Shown here one piece after another: positions 38,933-47,237 of a stretch of 64,000 bases of DNA. This DNA is from Pseudomonadota bacterium (GTDB lineage: Bacteria; Pseudomonadota; Alphaproteobacteria; Rhizobiales; Xanthobacteraceae). The DNA lies in the NCBI GenBank assembly GCA_023404675.1, contig JAEYAW010000031.1:56427-120426 (forward strand). The letters are read 5' to 3'. The position numbers and the translations under genes were made by a program. The notes under the pieces were generated by a model, which saw only the letters and a program-made list of their open reading frames with translations, was not told where the DNA came from and made no database searches. Positions within the stretch are counted from its first letter, which is position 1; each line of letters opens with the position of its first letter.

Positions 38933-41104
38933 TCACGCATCCTTCGGCGTGCGGTCGCGCTTGCCGTGATAGCCGCGCTGCGGGCGGCGCGGCGCGCCGT
39001 AGCCGGCGGACTCTTCCTCGTTGCGCGCGCGCGCCTCCTCGCTGCCGGTTCGCTCCACGCGCACGCGGCGGCCCTTGCGATCCTCGATGGTCTCGCGCTT
39101 GGCCCGCGGCGGCTTGGCCGGCCGCGCCGGCGGCGGCGACAGTTCCGCCCCGGCGCGCGCGGCGATCTTGTCGCCGAGTTGCTCGCGCAGCACCCGCGCC
39201 TTGACCTCCTCGACCGCGCCTTCCGCCAGTTCGGCGAGCTGGAACGGGCCGTAGGAGACGCGAATCAGCCGGTTCACCTCGAGGCCGAGATGCGCCAGTA
39301 CGTTGCGTACCTCGCGGTTCTTGCCCTCGCGGATGGCGAACAGGATCCACACATTGTCGCCCTGATCGCGTTCCAGCGTCGCCTCGATGGAGCCGTAGCG
39401 CACGCCGTCCACCTCGATGCCGTCGCGCAGCGTGTCGAGCTTGGCCTGCGTGATCTCGCCATAGGCGCGCACGCGATAGCGGCGCAGCCACCCGGTGTCC
39501 GGCAGCTCGAGTGTGCGGGCGAGGCCACCGTCGTTGGTGAGCAGCAGCAACCCCTCGGTGTTGAAATCGAGGCGGCCGACGCTGATCAGGCGCGGCAGGC
39601 CTTCCGGCAGATTGTCGAACACGGTCGGCCGCCCTTCGGGATCGGCGTGCGTGGTCATCAGGCCGCGCGGCTTGTGATACATGAACAGCCGCGTGCGCTC
39701 CGGCGCAGGCAACGGCTGCCCGTCCACCAGCACCACGTCGTTGGACGTCACATCGAGCGCCGGCGAGGTGATGACGCGTCCGTTCACCGAGACGCGGCCG
39801 TCCGTGACCCAGGTCTCCGCGTCACGCCGCGAGCACAGGCCCGCGCGCGCCAGGAGCTTGGCGATGCGCTCGCCAGTCTTGGGCTTTTTCGGCGCCTCCT
39901 CGCGGCGCTCGTCGCGCTCGCTGCGGTCGCGATAGGCCCCGCGGCCGCCAAAGGCCGGGCGCTTGGCGAAGGTGCCGCGCTCACCCTCACCTCGCGGGCG
40001 ATCGTCGCGGCGGCCCTCAAACCGCCCGCCACGTTCGCTTTTCGGATGATCCTGCCAGCCGCCCCGATCCCCGCGATCGCCGAACTCCTTGCGCGGACCG
40101 CGCGGCTTGTCGCCGAACTTCTTGTCACCGAATTTGCGCTCTCCCGCCGGGCGGTCGGCGCGGGCGCCGTAGGGCTTGCGATCGTCAAAATCTTTACGCG
40201 AGCGATCGGGACGATCCGAAAAGCTTTTGCGCGGACGTTCGCCATCCTCGCCATAGGCGCGACGCGGGCGCTCGGAGAAATCCTTGCGGGGGCGCTCGGA
40301 CCTGTCGCCATAGGGTTTGCGGTCGCCGAATTCCTTGCGCGGGCCGCGCGGCTTGTCGCCGAACTTCTTGTCAACGAACTTGCGCTCGCCGGCGGGACGA
40401 TCAGCACGGGCCCCGTAGGGCTTGCGCTCACCAAAATCTTGACGCGAACGATCGGGGCGATCCGAAAAGCTTTTGCGCGGACGATCGCCGTCCTCGCCAT
40501 AGGCTCTACGCGGGCGCTCCGACCTGTCGCCATACGGTTTGCGGTCGCCATAATCCTTGCGGGGACGCTCGGACCGATCCCCGAACTCCTTGCGCGGGCC
40601 ACGCGGCTTGTCGCCGAATTTCTTGTCACCGAACTTGCGATCTCCCGCCGGACGGTCGGCGCGCGCGCCGTAGGGCTTGCGGTCGCCAAAATCTTGACGC
40701 GAACGATCGGGGCGATCCGAAAAGCTTTTGCGCGGCCGATCCCCGTCCTCGCCATAGGCTCTACGCGGACGCTCGGAGAAATCCTTGCGGGGACGCTCAG
40801 ACCTGTCGCCATAAGGCTTGCGGTCGCCGAACTCCTTGCGCGGACCGCGCGGCTTGTCGCCGAACTTCTTGTCACCGAACTTGCGGTCGCCCGCCGGGCG
40901 GTCGGCGCGCGCGCCGTAGGGCTTGCGGTCGCCAAAATCCTTACGCGGACGATCCGGGCGATCCGAAAAGCTCTGGCGCCCGGCGCCGGATCTCGGGCCG
41001 CGGGGACCTTTCCCGCCCCCACCCTTCGGCCCGCCCGCGCCGCGCCCGCCGGATGGCGGACCTCTGCGTGAGCCTGAATGATTGTCGTCGCGATTGCCGG
41101 CCAT
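38933..41104 (-). CDS. Pseudouridine synthase (RluB/RsuA family) with a ~390-aa basic repeat-rich N-terminal extension
   Basis: S4 domain (ERIAKLLARAGLCSRRDAETWV) and the catalytic block GRLDFNTEGLLLLTNDG. The N-terminal region is composed of R/K/D/G/P/F repeats. Confidence 0.9.
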   Translation of the reverse strand: MAGNRDDNHSGSRRGPPSGGRGAGGPKGGGGKGPRGPRSGAGRQSFSDRPDRPRKDFGDRKPYGARADRPAGDRKFGDKKFGDKPRGPRKEFGDRKPYGDRSERPRKDFSERPRRAYGEDGDRPRKSFSDRPDRSRQDFGDRKPYGARADRPAGDRKFGDKKFGDKPRGPRKEFGDRSERPRKDYGDRKPYGDRSERPRRAYGEDGDRPRKSFSDRPDRSRQDFGERKPYGARADRPAGERKFVDKKFGDKPRGPRKEFGDRKPYGDRSERPRKDFSERPRRAYGEDGERPRKSFSDRPDRSRKDFDDRKPYGARADRPAGERKFGDKKFGDKPRGPRKEFGDRGDRGGWQDHPKSERGGRFEGRRDDRPRGEGERGTFAKRPAFGGRGAYRDRSERDERREEAPKKPKTGERIAKLLARAGLCSRRDAETWVTDGRVSVNGRVITSPALDVTSNDVVLVDGQPLPAPERTRLFMYHKPRGLMTTHADPEGRPTVFDNLPEGLPRLISVGRLDFNTEGLLLLTNDGGLARTLELPDTGWLRRYRVRAYGEITQAKLDTLRDGIEVDGVRYGSIEATLERDQGDNVWILFAIREGKNREVRNVLAHLGLEVNRLIRVSYGPFQLAELAEGAVEEVKARVLREQLGDKIAARAGAELSPPPARPAKPPRAKRETIEDRKGRRVRVERTGSEEARARNEEESAGYGAPRRPQRGYHGKRDRTPKDA
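40073..40975 (-). repeat. In-frame tandem repeat, about 3.7 copies of 82-85 codons, inside the pseudouridine synthase gene
   Basis: The SFSDRPDR anchor recurs at aa 45, 127, 212 and 294. The unit reads RKSFSDRPDRSRQDFGDRKPYGARADRPAGDRKFGDKKFGDKPRGPRKEFGDRKPYGDRSERPRKDFSERPRRAYGEDGDRP. Confidence 0.85.
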
Positions 41105-41261
41105 GGAATGTCTCGATTATAGCGTTTCGAGCGAGGCGGATCGCGGCTCGCATCTAGAAAGCGCATTCTAACAGGAACAGGAGCCTAATTCGGGGCGTGT
41201 CAGGGCGGCCCGGGCTCCGGGAAGCGCGCCTGATACCAGAGTTTGGCCCGCGAGACGAGAG

Positions 41262-41708
41262 ATGAGCGCAGACAATTTCATGGACCGGGCGCTGGCGCAG
41301 GCCCGCGCGGCGGCCGAAGCCGGCGAGGTTCCGGTCGGCAGCGTCGTGGTGCGGGACGGGGCGGTGCTGGCGGAAGCCGGTAACCGGACGCTGCGCGACC
41401 GCGACCCGACCGCCCATGCCGAGGTGCTGGCGATCCGCGCCGCCGCCCGCGCGCTCGGCTCGGAGCGGCTGACCGGCTGCGACCTCTACGTCACGCTGGA
41501 GCCCTGTCCGATGTGTGCGGCGGCGATCTCGTTCGCGCGCATCCGCAGGCTTTACTACGGCGCGGGCGATCCCAAGGGCGGCGCGGTGGACAATGGGGTG
41601 CGACTGTTCTCCGCGCCCACCTGCCACCACGTGCCGGAGGTCTATTCGGGCTTCGGCGAACAGGACGCCGCAGCGCTGCTGCGGGCTTTTTTCCGGATGC
41701 GGCGATAG
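41262..41708 (+). CDS. tadA: tRNA adenosine(34) deaminase
   Basis: Zinc motifs HAEVLAIR and PCPMCAAA. Confidence 0.9.
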   Translation: MSADNFMDRALAQARAAAEAGEVPVGSVVVRDGAVLAEAGNRTLRDRDPTAHAEVLAIRAAARALGSERLTGCDLYVTLEPCPMCAAAISFARIRRLYYGAGDPKGGAVDNGVRLFSAPTCHHVPEVYSGFGEQDAAALLRAFFRMRR

Positions 41709-41760
41709 ACATCGTCATTCGTCATCCCCGCGAGCCCGGCCATGACATATTTGACCCCGG

Positions 41761-42666
41761 TCAATCCCTCCCGAAAAACGACAGCAGCGCCGCGGCCGTG
41801 TCGTCCGGGTTTTCCTCGGGCAGAAAGTGCCCGGCCTGGATGGCGTGGCCGCTGACATCGCTCGCCCATTCGCGCCACGTATCAAGTGGCGTCGCGGCAC
41901 TGGAGGCAACGCCGGTGCCGCCCCACAACGCCAGCACGGGAATCGTGATCTTCGTGCCCGCCTCCCGATCCGCCTTGTCGTGCTCGACATCCGGCCCCGC
42001 GCCGGCGCGGTAATCCTCGCACATCGCGCGCAGCCGCAGCGGATCGCCATAGGCCGCGCGATAATACGCCACCGCGCGCGGATCGAACGCGGAGAGATCG
42101 CGCTTCGCCGTCCAGCCTGCCAGCGTGTGATCGAGATAATAATCCGCCTGCCCGCCGATCAGCGTCTCCGGCAGCGGATGCGGCTGCGCCAGAAACAGCC
42201 AGTGATAGATGCGCAGCGCCAGCGAACGGTCGAGCCGCGCCCAGTAGTCGTAGGTCGGCAGGATATCCAGCACTGCCAGCTTCGACAGCCGGCCGGGATG
42301 ATCGAGCGCGAGACGATAGGACACCCGCCCGCCGCGATCATGCCCCGCCAGCGCGAACCGCGCGTGGCCGAGCTCGCTCATCGCCGCGACGATCGCGTTC
42401 GCCATGCCGCGCTTGGTGAAGTTGCGGTGGTCGTCGGAAAACTCCGGCACGTCGGACCAGCCGTAGCCGGGCAGATCCGGGATCACGAGGCGGAAGCTCT
42501 TTGCCAGCTTCGCTGCCACGCGGTGCCACATCACATGGCTCTGCGGATAGCCGTGCAGCAGAACCAGCGGCGGCCCCTCGCCTCCCACCCGCGCAAAAAT
42601 GCGGCCGGTCTTGGTTTCGATCCAGTGCGCCTCGAAGCCGGGAAACAGATCGGCGAGATCGGGCAT
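41761..42666 (-). CDS. Alpha/beta hydrolase, fluoroacetate (haloacetate) dehalogenase-like
   Basis: Collinear with R. palustris RPA1163 as I remember it ([11 protein letters not shown]..., [41 protein letters not shown]). Asp110, Arg111, Arg114, Asp134, His155, Trp156, Tyr219 and His280 sit at identical numbering. Confidence 0.78.
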   Translation of the reverse strand: MPDLADLFPGFEAHWIETKTGRIFARVGGEGPPLVLLHGYPQSHVMWHRVAAKLAKSFRLVIPDLPGYGWSDVPEFSDDHRNFTKRGMANAIVAAMSELGHARFALAGHDRGGRVSYRLALDHPGRLSKLAVLDILPTYDYWARLDRSLALRIYHWLFLAQPHPLPETLIGGQADYYLDHTLAGWTAKRDLSAFDPRAVAYYRAAYGDPLRLRAMCEDYRAGAGPDVEHDKADREAGTKITIPVLALWGGTGVASSAATPLDTWREWASDVSGHAIQAGHFLPEENPDDTAAALLSFFGRD

Positions 42667-42734
42667 TTTTTCTCTCCCTGTTTTTATCTCTTGGACCGGC
42701 GCGACGCCGGCTGAATCAATCGGCCCTCACCTGT

Positions 42735-44009
42735 TCAACTCTCCCCCGCCTGCTCCCGCTTCACCGCCTGCCAGCCGATGTCGCGGCGGCAGAAGCCCTC
42801 CGGCCAGCGGACGCGGTCCACCGCGGCATAAGCCAGCCGCTGCGCCTTGCTCACGGTTCTGGCCATCGCGGTGATGTTGAGCACGCGGCCACCGGTGGCG
42901 ACCAGTTTTCCATCCTTCAGCGCGGTGCCTGCGTGAAAAATCTCGACGCCGTCGACAGCGGACGCCTCATCAAGTCCCGCGATCAGCGTGCCCTTGGGAT
43001 AGCTGCCCGGATAGCCCTTCGCGGCCATCACCACGGTGAGCGCGGGATCGGCGGACCAGCGCAGGTCGAACGACTTCAGCTGCCCGTCGCATGAGGCCAG
43101 CAGCGCAGGCAACAGGTCCGATTTCAGCCGCACCATCAGCACCTGACATTCCGGATCGCCGAAGCGGACATTGTATTCGATCAGCTTCGGCCCATCGGCG
43201 GTGATCATCAGGCCGACGAACAGCACGCCTTTGAACGGCGTGCCGCGCTCGCGCATCGCACGGAGTGTCGGATAGACGATCTCGTCCATGCTGCGCGCGA
43301 CCATCGCCTCGGTCATCACGGGTGCGGGGGAATACGCGCCCATGCCGCCGGTGTTCGGGCCCTGATCGCCGTCATAAGCGCGCTTGTGATCCTGAGCGGC
43401 AGCGAGCGGCAGCGCGTGCTCGCCGTCGCACAGCACGAAGAACGAGGCTTCCTCGCCGACGAGACATTCCTCGATCACCACCTGCGCGCCAGGCTCGGTG
43501 AAGATCGCATCCACCGCCGCTTCGGCCTCCTCAACGGTGGCCGCGACCGTGACACCCTTGCCGGCCGCGAGGCCGTCCGCCTTCACCACGATCGGCGCGC
43601 CCTGCGCGCGGATGTAGGCCTTGGCGGGTTCGGCCGCGACGAACACATCGTAGGCGGCCGTTGGAATGGCGTTGGCGCGGCAAATCTCCTTGGTGAAGCT
43701 CTTGGAGGCTTCGAGCTGCGCCGCCGCCCGGTCCGGGCCGAACGCCTTGATCCCGGCGGCGGCGAGATCATCGACGATCCCCGCCGCCAGCGGCCCCTCC
43801 GGCCCGACCACCACGACATCCACCGCGTTGGCGCGGCAGAACCCGATCACGGCCGCATGGTCGGCGACATCAAGCGCGATGCACTCCGCCTCCTGCGCGA
43901 TGCCCGCGTTGCCGGGCGCGCACCAGAGCTTGGTCAGCAGCGGGGAGGCGGCGAGTTTCCAGGCGAGGGCGTGCTCGCGGCCGCCGGAACCGATCAGAAG
44001 GACATTCAT
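42735..44009 (-). CDS. purD: Phosphoribosylamine--glycine ligase
   Basis: [19 protein letters not shown]... and ATP-grasp blocks. The start is taken at the internal ATG; the track ORF extends to 44066. Confidence 0.95.
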   Translation of the reverse strand: MNVLLIGSGGREHALAWKLAASPLLTKLWCAPGNAGIAQEAECIALDVADHAAVIGFCRANAVDVVVVGPEGPLAAGIVDDLAAAGIKAFGPDRAAAQLEASKSFTKEICRANAIPTAAYDVFVAAEPAKAYIRAQGAPIVVKADGLAAGKGVTVAATVEEAEAAVDAIFTEPGAQVVIEECLVGEEASFFVLCDGEHALPLAAAQDHKRAYDGDQGPNTGGMGAYSPAPVMTEAMVARSMDEIVYPTLRAMRERGTPFKGVLFVGLMITADGPKLIEYNVRFGDPECQVLMVRLKSDLLPALLASCDGQLKSFDLRWSADPALTVVMAAKGYPGSYPKGTLIAGLDEASAVDGVEIFHAGTALKDGKLVATGGRVLNITAMARTVSKAQRLAYAAVDRVRWPEGFCRRDIGWQAVKREQAGES

Positions 44010-44114
44010 GAGGGAAAAGTCAGCAAACCCAATGTGATCTTGAGGAGCAAAGCGTGTAGCATACAAGGCTCGCCCAGGTTAAGGATTCGATCCGCAGCCC
44101 ATGATCCCTGCCCG

Positions 44115-45722
44115 ATGACCGCCGCCGCCAAGCCGCGCCTCGACAACACCGCCGAATTCACGGTGTCCGAACTCTCGTCCGCCCTGAAGCGGACGGTGGA
44201 GGACGCCTACGGCCATGTGCGCGTGCGCGGCGAGATCGTCGGGTTCCGGGGACCCCACTCCTCCGGCCATTGCTACTTTTCGCTGAAGGACGACAGCGCC
44301 AAGATCGAGGCGGTGATCTGGAAGACCACCCACCTGCGCATGAAGTTTCGGCCGCAGGAAGGGCTGGAGGTGATTGCCACCGGCAAGCTCACCACCTATC
44401 CGGGCTCGTCGAAATACCAGATCGTGATCGAGGCGCTGGAGCCGGCCGGCGTCGGCGCGCTGATGGCGCTTCTGGAGGAGCGCAAGAAGAAACTCGCCGC
44501 CGAGGGCCTGTTCGACGAGGCGCGCAAGCAGCTGCTGCCCTGGCTGCCGGAGGTGATCGGCGTCGTCACCTCGCCGACAGGCGCGGTGATCCGCGACATC
44601 CTGCACCGGTTGGAAGACCGCTTTCCTCGCCGCGTGCTGGTGTGGCCGGTGCGCGTGCAGGGCGAGGGCTCGGCCGAGCAGGTCGCCGCCGCCATTCACG
44701 GCTTCAACGCGCTGCCGGACGGCGGGCCGGTTCCGAGACCGGACCTGATCATCGTGGCGCGCGGCGGTGGCTCGCTGGAAGACCTGTGGTCTTTCAACGA
44801 GGAGATCGTCGTGCGCGCCGCGGCGGAGAGCATGATCCCGCTGATTTCGGCCGTCGGCCACGAGACCGATGTAACCCTGATCGACTTCGCCGCCGACCGG
44901 CGCGCGCCGACCCCGACCGCCGCCGCCGAGATGGCAGTGCCGGTGCGCGCCGAGATCGCGCTGGAAGTCTCCGGCCTCGCGCGGCGCGCCTTCGCCTGCT
45001 GGCAGCGCGCGCAGGAAAGCCGCCGCACCGAGCTGCGCTCCGCGGCCCGCGCCCTGCCCTCGCCCACAGCCCTGCTCGCGGTGCCGCGCCAGCGCCTCGA
45101 CGGCGCCGCATCGGGATTGCCGCGCGCGCTCCATGCCAACACCCACGCGCATGATCGCCGCTTCGCGCAGGCCAGCGGCCGGCTGACGCTGCGCACCCTG
45201 CGCGCGCAGGTGGATCACGCCGCGCAGCGCCTGGAAGCGTCCGGCAACCGGCTGTCGCTCGCGGCGCGCGGACGCCTCGCGCAGCGCCGCCAGCGTTTCG
45301 ATGCGGTTGCCGCGCGCTTGCAGGCCTCGCGCCTCGCCAACGCGCAGGCGCAGCAATTGCGCATCGAACGGGCGCGCGAGCGCGTGCAGCGCCTCACCGA
45401 ACGGGCCCTGCGGGCGCTGGCGACGCAGAACCAGCGCCGCAGCGCGCGCGTCGTTCACGCCGGACAGTTGCTCGCCGCCCTGTCCTACCGCAGCGTGCTC
45501 GCGCGAGGCTTTGCGCTGGTGCGGGACGAGGCCGGCGCGCCACTGCATGCCGCACACGCAATCGCGCCGGGGCAATCGCTGAGTCTTGAGTTCGCGGACG
45601 GGCGCGTCGGCGTCACCGCGCATGGCCCGGCGGATGGGTCGCCGCCTGCCGCCAAACCCGCAGCACGTCCCGCCGCCCCGCGCCGCAAGACAGCCGCAAC
45701 GGATCAAGGCGATCTGTTCTAG
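44115..45722 (+). CDS. xseA: Exodeoxyribonuclease VII large subunit
   Basis: N-terminal OB fold ([25 protein letters not shown]), the catalytic core ([23 protein letters not shown]) and a long helical C-terminus. The start is at the ATG of [10 protein letters not shown]. Confidence 0.93.
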   Translation: MTAAAKPRLDNTAEFTVSELSSALKRTVEDAYGHVRVRGEIVGFRGPHSSGHCYFSLKDDSAKIEAVIWKTTHLRMKFRPQEGLEVIATGKLTTYPGSSKYQIVIEALEPAGVGALMALLEERKKKLAAEGLFDEARKQLLPWLPEVIGVVTSPTGAVIRDILHRLEDRFPRRVLVWPVRVQGEGSAEQVAAAIHGFNALPDGGPVPRPDLIIVARGGGSLEDLWSFNEEIVVRAAAESMIPLISAVGHETDVTLIDFAADRRAPTPTAAAEMAVPVRAEIALEVSGLARRAFACWQRAQESRRTELRSAARALPSPTALLAVPRQRLDGAASGLPRALHANTHAHDRRFAQASGRLTLRTLRAQVDHAAQRLEASGNRLSLAARGRLAQRRQRFDAVAARLQASRLANAQAQQLRIERARERVQRLTERALRALATQNQRRSARVVHAGQLLAALSYRSVLARGFALVRDEAGAPLHAAHAIAPGQSLSLEFADGRVGVTAHGPADGSPPAAKPAARPAAPRRKTAATDQGDLF

Positions 45723-45751
45723 CAAGCGCGCCGCGATGGCCGCCGCGACAG

Positions 45752-46543
45752 TCAGTTCGCCGCGGGTCGACTGGCGGCTGCCGAGCCGCGCTCATCGGAC
45801 CGCAACGTCAGCACCGACGCGCCCGAGGCCGTCACCGCGACGGTGTGCTCGAACTGCGCCGACAGCGATCCATCCCGCGTCACGACGGTCCAGCCATCGT
45901 CCTGCGTCCGCACGGTCCGCCGGCCCCGGTTGAGCATCGGCTCGATTGTGAAGACCATACCCTCACGCAGAACAAGGCCCGTTCCCGGCTTGCCGAAGTG
46001 CAGAATCTGCGGCTCCTCGTGCATCTGCCGGCCGATACCGTGACCGCAATATTCGCGCACCACCGAATAGCCGCTTCGCTTGGCGTGCCGCTCGATCGCC
46101 CAGCCGATGTCGCCGATCCGCGCGCCCGGACGCACCTGCCGGATGCCCATCCACATCGCTTCGTAGGTGGCTTGCACGAGCCTTCTCGCCGCCGGGTTCA
46201 CCTCGCCGACGAGATAGGTTTTACTGGAGTCCGCGATATAGCCGTTCTTCTCAAGCGTGATGTCGAAATTGACGATATCGCCGTCCCGCAGCACATGCGA
46301 CGGCGATGGAACGCCATGGCAGACCACTTCGTTCACTGAAGAGTTCAGCACGAAACCGTAGCCGTATTGCCCCTTGCTCGCCGGCCGGGCGTCGAGATCG
46401 CGGACGATGAACCGTTCGACCATTTCGTCGATCTCGAGCGTCGATCTGCCCACAAGCGCGGTTCGATCCAGCAATTCGAAAACGGATGCCAGCAGCCGGC
46501 CGGATTCGGCCATCAGCGTCAGTTCTTCAGGCGTCTTTGTCAT
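45752..46543 (-). CDS. map: Type I methionine aminopeptidase
   Basis: Metal-ligand blocks DIVNFD, YIADSS, GHGIG, FTIEPM and QFEHT are all present. The start ATG at 46543 overlaps the ParD-like stop as ATGA. Confidence 0.9.
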   Translation of the reverse strand: MTKTPEELTLMAESGRLLASVFELLDRTALVGRSTLEIDEMVERFIVRDLDARPASKGQYGYGFVLNSSVNEVVCHGVPSPSHVLRDGDIVNFDITLEKNGYIADSSKTYLVGEVNPAARRLVQATYEAMWMGIRQVRPGARIGDIGWAIERHAKRSGYSVVREYCGHGIGRQMHEEPQILHFGKPGTGLVLREGMVFTIEPMLNRGRRTVRTQDDGWTVVTRDGSLSAQFEHTVAVTASGASVLTLRSDERGSAAASRPAAN

Positions 46544-46752
46544 GCGTCGATCAGCGCCAGCGGCCTGGTCGAAACGCCTGCGGCCTTCAGTTCGCGCGCC
46601 ATGATCTCGGTAAAGCCGAGCGACGGATTCGCCTCGCACAATTGGCCGATCTTGATCCAGTAGGCAGCCTGCGCGTTGATCGAGCGACACGAGACCTTGC
46701 TGGCCCTGCGCAGCAGGTCGTGCAGATCGTCGTCAATGTTCACAATACCCAT
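46540..46752 (-). CDS. ParD-like (PF11903-type) small DNA-binding/antitoxin-family protein
   Basis: 70 aa. MGIVNIDDDLHDLLRRASKVSCRSINAQAAYWIKIGQL matches the ParD_like pattern as I remember it (…SRSINAQAEHW…). An AGGAGGC RBS lies 6 nt upstream. Confidence 0.7.
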   Translation of the reverse strand: MGIVNIDDDLHDLLRRASKVSCRSINAQAAYWIKIGQLCEANPSLGFTEIMARELKAAGVSTRPLALIDA

Positions 46753-46764
46753 GAGAAGCCTCCT

Positions 46765-46788
46765 ATGCGTTTCATATACGAAACGTAT
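46765..46788. promoter_or_regulatory. Inverted repeat ATGCGTTTC-ATATAC-GAAACGTAT upstream of the ParD-like gene
   Basis: 8 of 9 complementary arms (perfect core CGTTTC/GAAACG) lying 13-36 nt upstream of the start codon at 46752. This is the typical position for antitoxin autoregulation. Confidence 0.4.
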
Positions 46789-46946
46789 AGGGAGTGCCAG
46801 AAGAGATCCGGGAAAGACAACGGAGGAGCTTGTGTTCCCCCATTAACCTTTCCTAAAGAACCGCCTGCGCCGCAGCGCATCGCATGCTACACCTCGACTC
46901 GCAGAACAACGGCGCGGGGGAGCGCCGGAACGGGGTCGTCCACCAG

Positions 46947-47210
46947 ATGAATTTCAGCGAATCCTTGTCGGCGCACGACGAGATGCCCGACAACGAGCAG
47001 AAGCAGGCCGCCCTCGGCTATCTCAACGAGGCGTGGGCGGAGGCCCTGCATGACGGGATCGACGGCGACTGCCTCGCGCAGGCGAGCCTGTTCACCGCCT
47101 TCGCCGAACTGGTCGGCACCTATGGCGAGGAAGCGGTGGCGAAGTTCGTCGAGGGACTGCCGACGCGCGTGCGCAACGGCGAGTTCTCGCTGGTCGGCAC
47201 GCGGCAGTAA
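46947..47210 (+). CDS. Small acidic hypothetical protein
   Basis: 87-aa ORF from MNFSESLSAHDE. Coding-like composition with no motif recognised. Confidence 0.45.
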   Translation: MNFSESLSAHDEMPDNEQKQAALGYLNEAWAEALHDGIDGDCLAQASLFTAFAELVGTYGEEAVAKFVEGLPTRVRNGEFSLVGTRQ

Positions 47211-47237
47211 CGCCGCGCGCCCCTCCTCCTGACAAAC

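Noticed and set aside
40073-40975. Regular ~250-bp periodicity that could be mistaken for a repeat array or CRISPR-like structure.
   Set aside because: The units are contiguous without unique spacers, are in frame, and encode a periodic protein segment inside a long ORF with pseudouridine synthase domains.
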